This document shows positions 54,061 to 64,000 of a stretch of 64,000 nucleotides of DNA, one piece after another; the stretch's first letter is position 1, and every line of letters starts with the position of its first letter. The notes beneath the pieces are model-generated. The model was not told the origin of the DNA. It did not search any database and worked only from the letters and a program-made list of their open reading frames with translations. Origin of the DNA: Toensbergia leucococca (taxonomy: Eukaryota); assembly GCA_022813965.1 (NCBI GenBank), contig JALDZS010000062.1:1-64000 (forward strand), read 5' to 3'. The position numbers and the translations under genes are program-made.

Positions 54061-54515
54061 GATGGTCCTCTCTCTTTCCAGTCCCAAGGACGGAGTCTGC
54101 AAGAGGTATCTAGGCGCTCGGAATCGCTGCAGAAGTCTTGTGATGGCTTTGACGACTCGAGAACTCGATATGTTGATGAGCAGTATCCGTACTCGTATTC
54201 TATTTGTGAAGCTTCTTATTAGATTCCGTGCATTAGAGGCAGCAGCTCCTACGACGCGTGCAGGGAAGTCTCGCGGCTCCCGTACTCCGTAAAGCCACTC
54301 ACACTCACTTCACTCAAGGGACTGATTTGTAATCGGCCCATGTCAGACCCGGACTACTCCGTACACGATGAAGCCCTTCTTTGACATGTGTCCTTCTCAA
54401 GATGGGCACCAGCATGTACGAAAGTCTCATCGTCGCTCGAAGCTTGAACAAAGTTGATGCATGGGGATAATTACAAACTATCAGGATCAAAAACACCTTT
54501 CACATTACTGTCACC

Positions 54516-55535
54516 ATGGCCGCGACTGCTTCTAAACACAGCCCGAGATGGAGCTGGCCACAGGACCTAGACGATACACGTGGACCGTCGATCCCAGGCG
54601 CTTTCCACGAGGACCCGCCTGCTTCTCCCCAAGAAAAGTCCGAGTGGAAGCATCATTCAAAGTCCGCCCCAAAATCAGAAAAGCATTATCCTCCAAGAAC
54701 TTGCCGTATCTGCCTAGAAACTGTGTTGCCTAGCTACCAACCGTCATCAAGCAACCTACCCGAAATCTTACAATCTCCACCGTCTGTCTCATACATATCC
54801 GCAGAGCCCCAGGCTGGAAGGCTAATTCGCCCTTGCAAGTGTAAAGGATCTTCAAGATATGTGCATGAGGGATGCTTGCAAGCATGGCGACATGCTGATC
54901 CCGCGTACGGAAAGAGAAATTACTGGCAGTGCCCTACCTGTGGATTTCGTTATCGATTGGAGAGGATGCAGTGGGCTAGATGGATCAGTAGCACTGCGAC
55001 CCAAATCACCCTGACAATTTCAATCCTTTTTGTTGCAATGTTTCTGCTGGGATTCGTCGCTGACCCCATCATCAATTTTTACTTTGATCCCTATGCAACC
55101 ATTTCTTCCGCTCCTTTGTCAGCGCTCGGTACCAAAATTGAACCAATTCTCACAGACGATGATGTCCAGTCTTGGACTGAGCATTTCATTAAAGGTCTAG
55201 CGTCTCTTGGCCTCTTAAGTTTCATCAAGGTATTGTTAGCGCTTTCGCCTTGGCAATGGTGGAATCTAAGGAGCTCTGGAATAATGGGTGGCAACGGACG
55301 AGCTGGCAATGGTAGAGACCGATTGGCAAATATCAGTTGGATAGTGATTCTTGTTGGGGTTGGAACCTTCTTATGGGTGGGTGCTCTTGTCCGAACTCAC
55401 TTCATCATAATTGATATCGTATAGGGCGTCTACAAGGGTGTTCGCGCTTGGAGTCGTCGAACGTTGGAAAAGGCGGGAGAGCGAGTTCTTGACGTTCCAG
55501 TAGATGGCGCCGATGAGAACGAACCCGAAGAGTGA
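54516..55535 (+). CDS. RING-CH (RINGv / MARCH-like) membrane E3 ubiquitin ligase
   Basis: CRICLE...PCKCKGSSRYVHEGCLQAW...CPTC (C4HC3), followed by transmembrane helices; one 3' intron. Confidence 0.88.
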
Positions 55536-56185
55536 CGTCTCGAATTCCTCAAGAAGGTGATGTGGATCAATCGAGATTAATGGTAAATGTGTTTCTTCGC
55601 TAAGCTACGTTTGATGAGCTATGAGATCCTTGAAACCCTCTTTTTGGTCACGCCTTGGTCCATGTGCTTCTCCATGTCTCTATCTCTTCATCTTCCTCTA
55701 CCGCAGCTAAAACTTTCAGCATCGCACAACTTAAGTTGTCACGAATGATCAGTGGCGTGCCAATTAGTCAATATGCGCAGATCCAGAGCTTGTTTGATGT
55801 CTTGGAACTTCTAGCGTTGTGCTTTGTTTCAATGACTTTGCAAGTGTTGCCAACCCAGTCTTAACATCTGAATCGCCTTCTCAAGGCTGGTTCACTGTGT
55901 TGCACTCCTCTATGGATATCGATGAGCAGCATAGTAGTATGGGGTGGTACATCGATCCAGTCAAATTCAAGACGTCTTTAATGGCGAATATCTTCTCGCA
56001 CCACGTTATGCGAGCACTATGAACGTGACTAATGCGATATTCTGCCACCACCTCATCCGTACAATTTCGGTGAGACTCCATTCACAACCTCTGACTAGTT
56101 CGCCGCCTTTTCATCTTACCTCTGAAGCCAACTACCTCCATCGTTCTGCCCCGATTTCGGCCGAAAGTCCTAGTCACATACCAAC

Positions 56186-57615
56186 ATGGAAAACTCCGGT
56201 CACTACCAGAGACTTGCTACGGAAGATGAACCTTCCCCAGTATCGACCATCTCGACCATAAACTGGGAATCCTCTGATACTGAGATCGAAAATCCATTCC
56301 TGACCCAGAGGCGATCCAACGCCATCGAGAACCCTTTCTTGACCCAGAGGCGATTCGATGCCATCGAAAACCCCTTTCTGACTCAGAGGTCGTTCGACTC
56401 CATGGAATCATCTGTGTCCGACTCCTCGGTTGAATCCTCGACCATGCTTCGCTCGAATGTCAGCAATGAGCTTCCGACTAGTCTAGTCCACGCCGCACAC
56501 AGTTCGAATTCCGCTCACAATGATATTTCTGAAGCTCTTGCTCGTCCCGATGAGATACATGATTCTGCTACTTCTGGTAATGATCAGGAGGCTAGTGGGC
56601 GTGTTACTATCGTCAAGGATCTTAGTGACGGCGTGAATCTTTTGGAATGGTTGGCCGACGGAAGCCAAAAAAACGAAGTCTTCTCTCGATATTTCAGGGG
56701 CATCATCAATGCAACGAAGGATGTCAACGACGTGATATTTGAAGGTACCATAGTGCCAAAGCAGAAAATCAACGCCTCCACTATCAAGCACGTCGAGGGG
56801 ATTTTGAAGGAAATATCCATTTACTTGGGATTTATCGAGAAGAAACATCAGGGCTTCGTTGCCAAGATTGAATGCATCAAGCCGTTCTTGCCTGATCTTG
56901 GACCTGACATCGACCCTTACCTTATCTGTACGGCAAGGAAGATCTGGGTCCGCCGTATCAGCAAGTTAGTAAAAGCCTACTTCATTCCGTGATACACAAT
57001 GACTCAAAGTGGTGTAGGGACGTAGGGGTTCTTCCCACAAGATGGATGGAGATCCTCCTCGCCGGGTTTGCTCAGTTCTACGATGCTCAGGTCTATTTGC
57101 CGTTCCTACGTTTTGGCAAGGGCCATGACAAGCATAAGATATGCAAGCTCATGTCCCATGTCAAGATAGTTCACCATAAGATCGGGCTTGTCAATAAGGG
57201 TTATGCGAAGTTCATCGAAGAAATGGGGAAGCTTGATAGTATTATGAAAGCAGCAATGAAACGGTTTTTTTCGTTGCCAGAGGTCTACTTGCATCAATAT
57301 AATGTCATGAAACAGGCCGAGGCACAATCCCAGCTGCTTCACGAGGAAGGCGAGCCGGCAGCTCCAGAAACACCAATTTCGGGGATTCGGGATATCGCAA
57401 AAATGGACGAAAATGAACAGGCCCAAGAGGAACAAGACTTCATGGCTGTGGTCAAGGAAATTCAAGCGAGCTTCAAGCTCAATGAGGAGGAGCGCAAGGG
57501 CTTGGAGGAAGGTAGTGGTAAGGAAACTACCACTGAAGCTGGGGAGGAAATGCAGGCCGGCGATGGATCCAAGAACGTGGGAGACGCGAAGTCAGACACG
57601 GACATTGTGGCTTGA
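56186..57615 (+). pseudogene. Intronless orphan gene (~474 aa when repaired), frameshifted by a 5-bp duplication
   Basis: ORFs 56186-56992 and 56989-57615 merge into one frame if one copy of CCTTA-CCTTA (56915-56924) is removed. No family recognised. Confidence 0.65.
56285..56401 (+). repeat. Coding tandem repeat, 3 x 39 bp (IENPFLTQRRSNA / IENPFLTQRRFDA / IENPFLTQRSFDS)
   Basis: Units at 56285, 56324 and 56363; differences within the IENPFLTQR core are synonymous. Confidence 0.9.
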
Positions 57616-58125
57616 GAGTGAGGCTGCGGCTGCATGTCTACTGGTCTCAGACAGATATTGAACAGGTAACATTGACAAGTGTTGGAAACAGGATAGGCGC
57701 AAGTGGTTTACTAAGGTTGTACCTACCTACCTACCTAGTATCCGTAGTAAGCTTACAATACGTAATCCAAGGCTTTGACATTGGATCCATTCTCATTCGA
57801 GGATTGAGACTGAAGATGATGATCTTGTTCAGGAAGAACGTTGCAGCGCCTCGGAACATTTACGCACTCTCGTCATGGCTGAGTGCTGCACGTGACTTAG
57901 GTCGTCATCAGAATTGCCATTGCCGGTCCGGCCGACATGCTCGCACCGAGCGAGCGAGCGTCCAGTCGATCTTTAGAACTAACCAAATTTTTGCTGCTGT
58001 TCAGTTTCCACTGCTGCGCCTTAACGTTGCTATGTCATGCCCGAGATATAATGACCCCAATGGCCCGCCTGATTGATAGAATTTACCCACCCATCTGACC
58101 ATCATCTACATACTCCACCTTAGAC

Positions 58126-58987
58126 ATGGCCGCAGAAACCCCTTCTCCCTCAACCTCAATAGCATCTAGTCCGGCTTCTAAGGGCACAAGAACACCACTT
58201 TCCATGGACCTGTCTTCCATTCCGCCATTGATCATTCCTTCGCCTCCTTCCAATACGCTTCTGATAACGGTACCGGATTGCCCTCACTCTGCATCTCCTC
58301 CTTTCTAATAGCAATATCCAGAATCTCCAAGACCCCTCCATCTTCCACCCAACCCACCTCCTTACAATTCGCGACCTCGTCGACAAATCCGCCCACCTGC
58401 ACTCCTGGTCACCGCTGAAATCCTTTCGCCGTATCGTCGCCTCCTTCTATTCTACCGAAGATGCCATCCGAATACGCCAACTCCTGGACGGGGAATCCAT
58501 TATGGGCGACCGGGTTCGTGTCTACTTCGGGGAACCAACTCCCATCGAGCCCGTAGACCAACATTTACATGCGCCAAAAAGCCAAAAGCTGTTTTTCATC
58601 AGTCCGCCGCCCAGCCCGCCGTTCGGATGGGAGATGCGAAATGAAGAGCCTCCTAACAAGGATGTTCATGCTGAAGACTTAGCCGTGGCGTTGGCGAATC
58701 TGCATGCGCGGCCATCTGCACAGATTCCACTGTCACCAACTTCCCCGGACAGACACGGCGATGGTGGAGATCGAGAAGGCAAACGTGTGCCAAACAGACA
58801 GAGAAGCGGCAGTAGTACAGTCGTTTACCACCCCCGCGATCATGGCGATAGCCCGCACCTTCCAGCGGTGATGGTCGAAGACACAACCGAGAGTCCTGAA
58901 GGATTCAGTCCAATCGAGCGGGAAGACGGGTCCGTGGGGGGCACCATCAAGGCACATACAGCGCGGCCGCCGGTAGAACTAATGTAA
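58126..58987 (+). CDS. RCN1: Calcipressin / regulator of calcineurin (RCAN, CbpA-like)
   Basis: SNTLLIT-NLQDP, WSPLKSFRRIV, FFISPPPSPP (FLISPP motif), PAVMVE (PxIxIT-like) and C-terminal TARPP; one intron. Confidence 0.92.
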
Positions 58988-60953
58988 GGTGCGCGAACGA
59001 AGGGTTGGTAAGTATGGGAGTGTGTTTTTCGAGGACTAAAAGGCCTTTTGTTGGCGTATCTCTAGAGATTGGTGGATATAGGACATTGGGTTGTGCTTCT
59101 CGCTTTCCAAGCCGGAGCTTTGCGAGTTGTGTATGCTACCGATTTTGGTCTCCTTTTCTGATAGGATCAGAATTACAAATTAATAGAAAAACAAGAGATG
59201 TACAGAAACCGATTAAAACCCAGATTCTATTCTCGACGTGCCCTCGAGAACATTTATCCACTGGCTGCAACTCCTTAGGGAAAGTGATGGAGAAATTGGG
59301 GCTGGGGTTCGGGCTCAGGCCCGGCGATTTGCTCATTGAATAGTGCATGCCAATCAACGGACCTGCACTTCATTGCGAGTAAATCAAAAGACACCAGATA
59401 TGATACTTGCCCATCTGGGAGATCCGACTCTGATACAAAATGCACTTGAATCACCACCTTCAGTACCATTTCAAACCTACACATCCAGCTCTGCAACAGC
59501 TCACAACCACTATCCAACCAACAACTCATAGAGATAGGAATGAAAACACAAGCCTAGTCATTTCCAGGTAATCAGCAGCTAGCTACCCAACCACTAAGGA
59601 GCCGAAAAGACATGAACCGAAGAAAATCGGATCGAGAAAACGCGAAAACCCAGCCATGGGCGTCCGCTCCCAAACTCCTCGATTCTAATCTAGCCGCCAA
59701 GCTTCCTCCCAGGTAGGCTGAAAACCCAAAGTAATCGCATGCTCTCGACAGGCAGCAGCATTTTTATCTTTCCTCTTGCCCGAAAGAGACAGCGGACCCA
59801 ATCTACTCCTTCGTTGTCTTCTGGGTACCGTCCGTCGTTGCAGAAAAGGCCTTGCCCAGTGCCGGGAAGGTTTGAATATTGCTCTGTATCCCAAGGCTTG
59901 GAAAGAACTTTGTGAGTCGGAAGTCAAGTGTTCCGATTGGAGAGCGATGCCCCCACTATTCTCTCATCTTCTCATCCAATACTTCTACTTTTCCCGGGCC
60001 TTCCCAAAGGCCCTTTGGCAAACGCGCTTGAACGAGACCCTGCGCGCTCTCCGGGCCTCGGCGGTTCCCGCTTGTAGCTTGGAGACGAAGGCGGAACGAT
60101 CTGGGAAAGGGAGAGGGGATGGGAGCACAGCGAGGAAGTATGGGTAGGAGCCTTGTGATAACGGCATAGACCTTGTGAAGTGGCAGAAACTTCAAAGGGC
60201 TTGTGAGACATGAGTTGTCGTTTCTGGGCACACCAGCAGAAGCAAGTGATTAGTAAGGCGACGATGCTGTTTATCAGTGAACCCAGATGAGGGATGTTCG
60301 TCCGAGCAGTAGATAGTCAGCCATGATCAGATTTAGTCGTAGTCCCAAGTTTATTGTGTGCTCGGAAAAACGAGGTGTATTGTCTGATCATGAATGCCGG
60401 GCTTTCTCGAGCAGCCAATGCAATTCTTTGATATGCTCGTACCCTTACATAACCTCAGGCATCAACATTTTGTAGTATGCGGGCGCAAGGCGCAGTAAAG
60501 TGGAGACTATCTTGCATAAAGAGAAAACTTTAGCTATCGCATTAATTGAAACAAAGAAAATGTTGGGTATCCAAAGAAAAAAAAGCAATCGTTCAACATC
60601 ATGTCCATCATTGCCCCATACACTCAGGATCCAGCCTCCAGCCTCTCGCGACAACGTTATAAATCAAAAACAAATATTCGTAATGGGTAAAAGGACTTGT
60701 GGCGAATATGAAATGATTCGGCGATGAGGCGGCCTCGTCCAGCGCCACCGAGCACAGCCCAGTTTCCAACAAACCATGTCAGAACTTCGCCACCAATGAA
60801 AATACTGCTCTGTAGTCGTTTGACTCGTTTCTTCTTCTTGATGTATTTGGAAGTGCGCTTCGCTGTTCGAAATTCCTACGGAATCTGCGATGATTTGTGG
60901 GTTCGATCCTTTCTTAGGCCGTGGGACCACGTCTCAAATCATCCGTCTCATTA

Positions 60954-61751
60954 TCACCTGCCGTGCCTGCCACGTGTCCCTGGCCTGTGAGTTATAGTGA
61001 TGGCGCTGGCCTCACTGGGAGAGACAGGAGGGGACGGGTATGCTTGCGCAGCTCTTGAACGGACTTCGTTGTTTCCTTTCAGATCGCGATAATCAGCATC
61101 GCTAATCAGTCTTTGATCCCAGAGGTATTTATAGAGTTGGAAATCTGGTCGAGCATGAGCAAGTCGATGACCATGTTGATGATGGACATAAGCAATGTGC
61201 TCCATTCGGTCCTGCCAACTTCTGAGTCCGTTTAGTGAGTTAAATGGCATATCACAGAAGCAGCATTGATTGGCTTTTGGAGGGCCGACATGACGAAAAT
61301 GAGACAGACTGTGCCTAAACCAGTCTTCAAAGCTTGTGAAGGCATAAGAGCACAAGAGAAAATTAAAGGGACACTCCAAGGGCTCTATCACTTGAGGGAG
61401 GACCAAAGCGCCACCATCTGCGTCGCTTACGTCCAATATTCTTTGGTTTGCTAATGCTCTCATGCCCATGGAAGATGCGACAGATCCGGCTGTGGAACGA
61501 CTCGATGGAGTTGTGAGGGCTGGAAGGTCCTGAGATGTGGATAAACTCCCCCGGGTACGGGTGCTGCCTGAGAGAAGCATCGAGGTCCTTGTACTTCCAC
61601 GGGGCATGCCATGATAATTGGGCACTTGGTATTGGGACGAGTTTGGCAATATTGACTGCGAAGCTAGACGACGTGGGAGGCTTGGATCTGCCTCGTTATC
61701 GAGATAGTCCTGCATCGTTGTGCGCACGATTCGTTCTCGAGGTTGGTACAC
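60954..61751 (-). CDS. Fungal Cys/His (zinc-finger-like) protein, function unknown; 5' end uncertain
   Basis: LECPFNFLLC...WFRHSLSHF...CCFCD...WQDRMEHIAYVH...RPDFQLYKYLW, a C2H2-like spacing; first in-frame ATG at 61715. Confidence 0.7.
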   Translation of the reverse strand: MYQPRERIVRTTMQDYLDNEADPSLPRRLASQSILPNSSQYQVPNYHGMPRGSTRTSMLLSGSTRTRGSLSTSQDLPALTTPSSRSTAGSVASSMGMRALANQRILDVSDADGGALVLPQVIEPLECPFNFLLCSYAFTSFEDWFRHSLSHFRHVGPPKANQCCFCDMPFNSLNGLRSWQDRMEHIAYVHHQHGHRLAHARPDFQLYKYLWDQRLISDADYRDLKGNNEVRSRAAQAYPSPPVSPSEASAITITHRPGTRGRHGR

Positions 61752-63594
61752 TGCAGATCTGTTAGCGTTACGTTGCGATCCTAGGACGATTCGACCTACT
61801 GTTAGCTTGGACGGCCTCGGCGATGGTTAAATGGATTGGTCGATGCACATAGGTTGGTAGCAGTCAAGAAGATCAGTGTTTGGTGGCGGTGGAGTTCAGC
61901 CGTTGGTCGTTGGCCAAGATATCAGCAAAGCAAAGCGGTGGAGCATGTCATACTCCCACGATGTCAGTAACCAGGATTCGAAGGCAGTATGGATGCTGGA
62001 GGGGAGACGGTATGGAACTGGATGTAGATGAATCGGCTGTGTCCCCCGTCTGATGCAAGCTTAATGCTCTTCAAATGCAAGATGTGGATATGGAATGAGG
62101 ATGTTCAATGCAATGCAACACCCGGTAGTATGCAACATCATATATCAATCCATGGAATTCCTGGCTACAGGAGAAGAGTATTCGTAATTGAAGTCATAGT
62201 GCTCCGGCATTACGAGTGCCGATTCCCTGTCTCCTGTGTTTCATTTATTCCATACCTCACCGATCAGCTAAAATGCTATTGCACTCGACGGAACTGTTAC
62301 AAGATGGTATTCTAAACAGTAATTGCGACAGCGGGGAATATCAGGAGATATTGGTAATGGCCATGGCTATTCGAGGATTGTAAGATTTATCGCTTCAAGC
62401 CTTAGAAGACGGGGGCACATGCTGTCACCCGAAAAGGTTAAATTTCCTGGACCCGCTCTCCCGCTTTCCGCTCCCCATTTTAGTCACGGCGATATCGCTC
62501 AGATCCGTGCACTAGAATAGTATCCCTACAGCTCAGGTGCTCAGGTACCTACTGGTAAGAGTACGAGTAGAAACCAACGGATATTCTACCATTTTGGTCA
62601 TTATCTCTTATTGTGTAAGGTCCTTTCTCATTCAATTCTTTCAAAAGCTTGTTACAATTTTTCTCCGAGTAAAGTCGATATTCTTCAGTTGTTTCGACAC
62701 TCAACCCTTTCCTACGAATCGCTTTCGAACCCGAGGCCACTCTCCCAATCTCATCTATATACTCCTATTTCTTAATAAAGGTGCAAAGCAATGTAGCAGA
62801 TAGCTGAGAATGAAATAGAGACATCAGATAGCCAGATCAATGGAAAAACCTGTCCAATTCTTCAACTTCTTTTGCTTAGACATTGGCTGTTGATTGGTAG
62901 ATTTCTACGCTTCCTTTCTTGATATTTGTCGCAGTAATCTACCTCTCTAATTACAAGGATAATGAGCTGTGTCGTGCTTCTTCCAGACGCTTATCCTGCG
63001 TTATTGAATTAAATATATCGTGCACTGTCAAATGAACAAATGTTATGATTTGATCAGCATCTAACTACCATTGATAAGAGCCTGATCTGTCAAGCACCAA
63101 TAAAAAAGTTATGAATTTCATTTATCTCGCATTATAAGCAGAGTCTTGAATTAGTGAGAATGAGGGTAAATTCATCAGAGGCAGGAGAGAGCCGTACCTT
63201 AGGGGCCCAAGGATGAAATGGCACACTGTGTAGACTTAGAATAGTAGTAAAACGGTCATTGTATATTATTTTAGTTAAGATCACTAATGAAATCCTCACC
63301 GTGTCAAATAAGGTATTTAATAATTAGATGAGTTAGACTGTGTGAAGTGAATTACACTGTATTGTTATTACAATAGTTATGCCTTGTATAACGGTGTCAA
63401 GTGAATTACACTGTAGATGAACAATTTACTTATGCAATAACTGAATTATCTGTTGAACTATTAAATCATAGATATCGTCATAGAAATAACCACAGAATAA
63501 ACGCTTCAATCTTTTTCATTATTCTATCTAACTATTATCTTAATGTAGATGCTAAAGACCTCAATTATTTTGTATGTAAAACCGTCTCAATTTT

Positions 63595-64000
63595 CTAGAC
63601 AGGTAAACAATTAGCATGAGGATTTGAATCAGGTTGATGAAGAAGACCTATCTAGACCATTTTCTATGTAGAATGGTCGCATTTCCCTAGGCAGGTAGAC
63701 AATTAGCATGAGGATTTGAATCAGGTTGATGAAGAAGACCTACCTAGGCCGTTTTCTATGTGAACTCATCACATTTCCCTAGGCAGGTAGGCAATTAGCA
63801 TGAGGATTTGAATCAGATTGATGGAGACCTACCTAGGTCATTTGTACGTGAAATCATCGCAATTTCCTAGGCAGGTAGGTCATTAGTATGATGATTTGAA
63901 TCAGATAGACGGAGAAGACCTACCTAGATCATTTTGTATGTGAAATCATCGCAATTCCCTAGGCAGGTAAGCCGTTAGTATGAGGATTTGAATTAAATAG
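63595..64000. repeat. Tandem array of ~92-bp units (at least 4.4 copies, truncated by the window edge)
   Basis: Units start CTAG(A/G)CAGGTA at 63595, 63687, 63779, 63867 and 63959 (periods 92, 92, 88, 92); shared core TTAG(C/T)ATGA(G/T)GATTTGAATCAG...GACCTA(C/T)CTAG. Confidence 0.95.

Noticed and set aside
55600..56081. Divergent partner gene to the orphan (toxin-antidote-like pair)
   Set aside because: Only short fragments interrupted by stops; no supportable gene model.
56989..56992. Bacterial-style GTGA stop/start overlap suggesting a translationally coupled operon
   Set aside because: The second frame is already open from 56908, and a 5-bp duplication explains the split more simply.
62700..62770. 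GGTTCGA T-loop-like motif on the minus strand (tRNA?)
   Set aside because: No cloverleaf, acceptor stem or A-box could be built.
4215..62803. Numerous antisense and alternate-frame ORFs in the ORF track
   Set aside because: They are shadows of identified genes, or chance ORFs opened at TTG/GTG codons.
63595..64000. CRISPR-like appearance of the regularly spaced palindromic repeats
   Set aside because: The intervening segments are homologous to each other rather than unique spacers, the context is eukaryotic and there are no cas genes.

Overview
Eukaryotic genomic DNA from a filamentous ascomycete (Pezizomycotina), judged from short GT-AG introns with CTRAC/CTAAC branch points and RIP-like decay of repeats. 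Bases 1-~3530 are an AT-rich, RIP-scarred block. It holds a full-length but dead pogo/Fot1-type DNA transposon (TIRs intact) and a 225-bp solo LTR with a perfect 5-bp target-site duplication. Bases ~3.9-62 kb are gene-dense euchromatin: a GH63-like glycosidase, ATP5, MOB1, RGP1, RRG9, an mpaB/DUF2236 oxygenase, a WDR62/MAPKBP1-like WD40 protein, SPO22/ZIP4, AcuM/Rds2, CENP-Q, an INO4-like bHLH factor, a TMEM135-like protein, COX11, RFC5, MRPL16, RFC1, a sugar porter, PRE8, a RING-CH ligase, calcipressin and a Zn-finger protein. Main oddities: (1) a Dicer-like 2 pseudogene that has lost most of its helicase and has a destroyed RNase IIIb site, but is not RIP-like in composition; (2) an intronless orphan gene with three NPF repeats, split by a single 5-bp duplication; (3) a TACGGAGTA/TACTCCGTA 9-mer found 10 times, always intergenic; (4) a putative ~450-bp MITE; (5) a ~92-bp tandem array with an internal inverted repeat, running off the right edge. 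All family assignments come from motif recognition by eye, not database searches, and exon boundaries are manual estimates.
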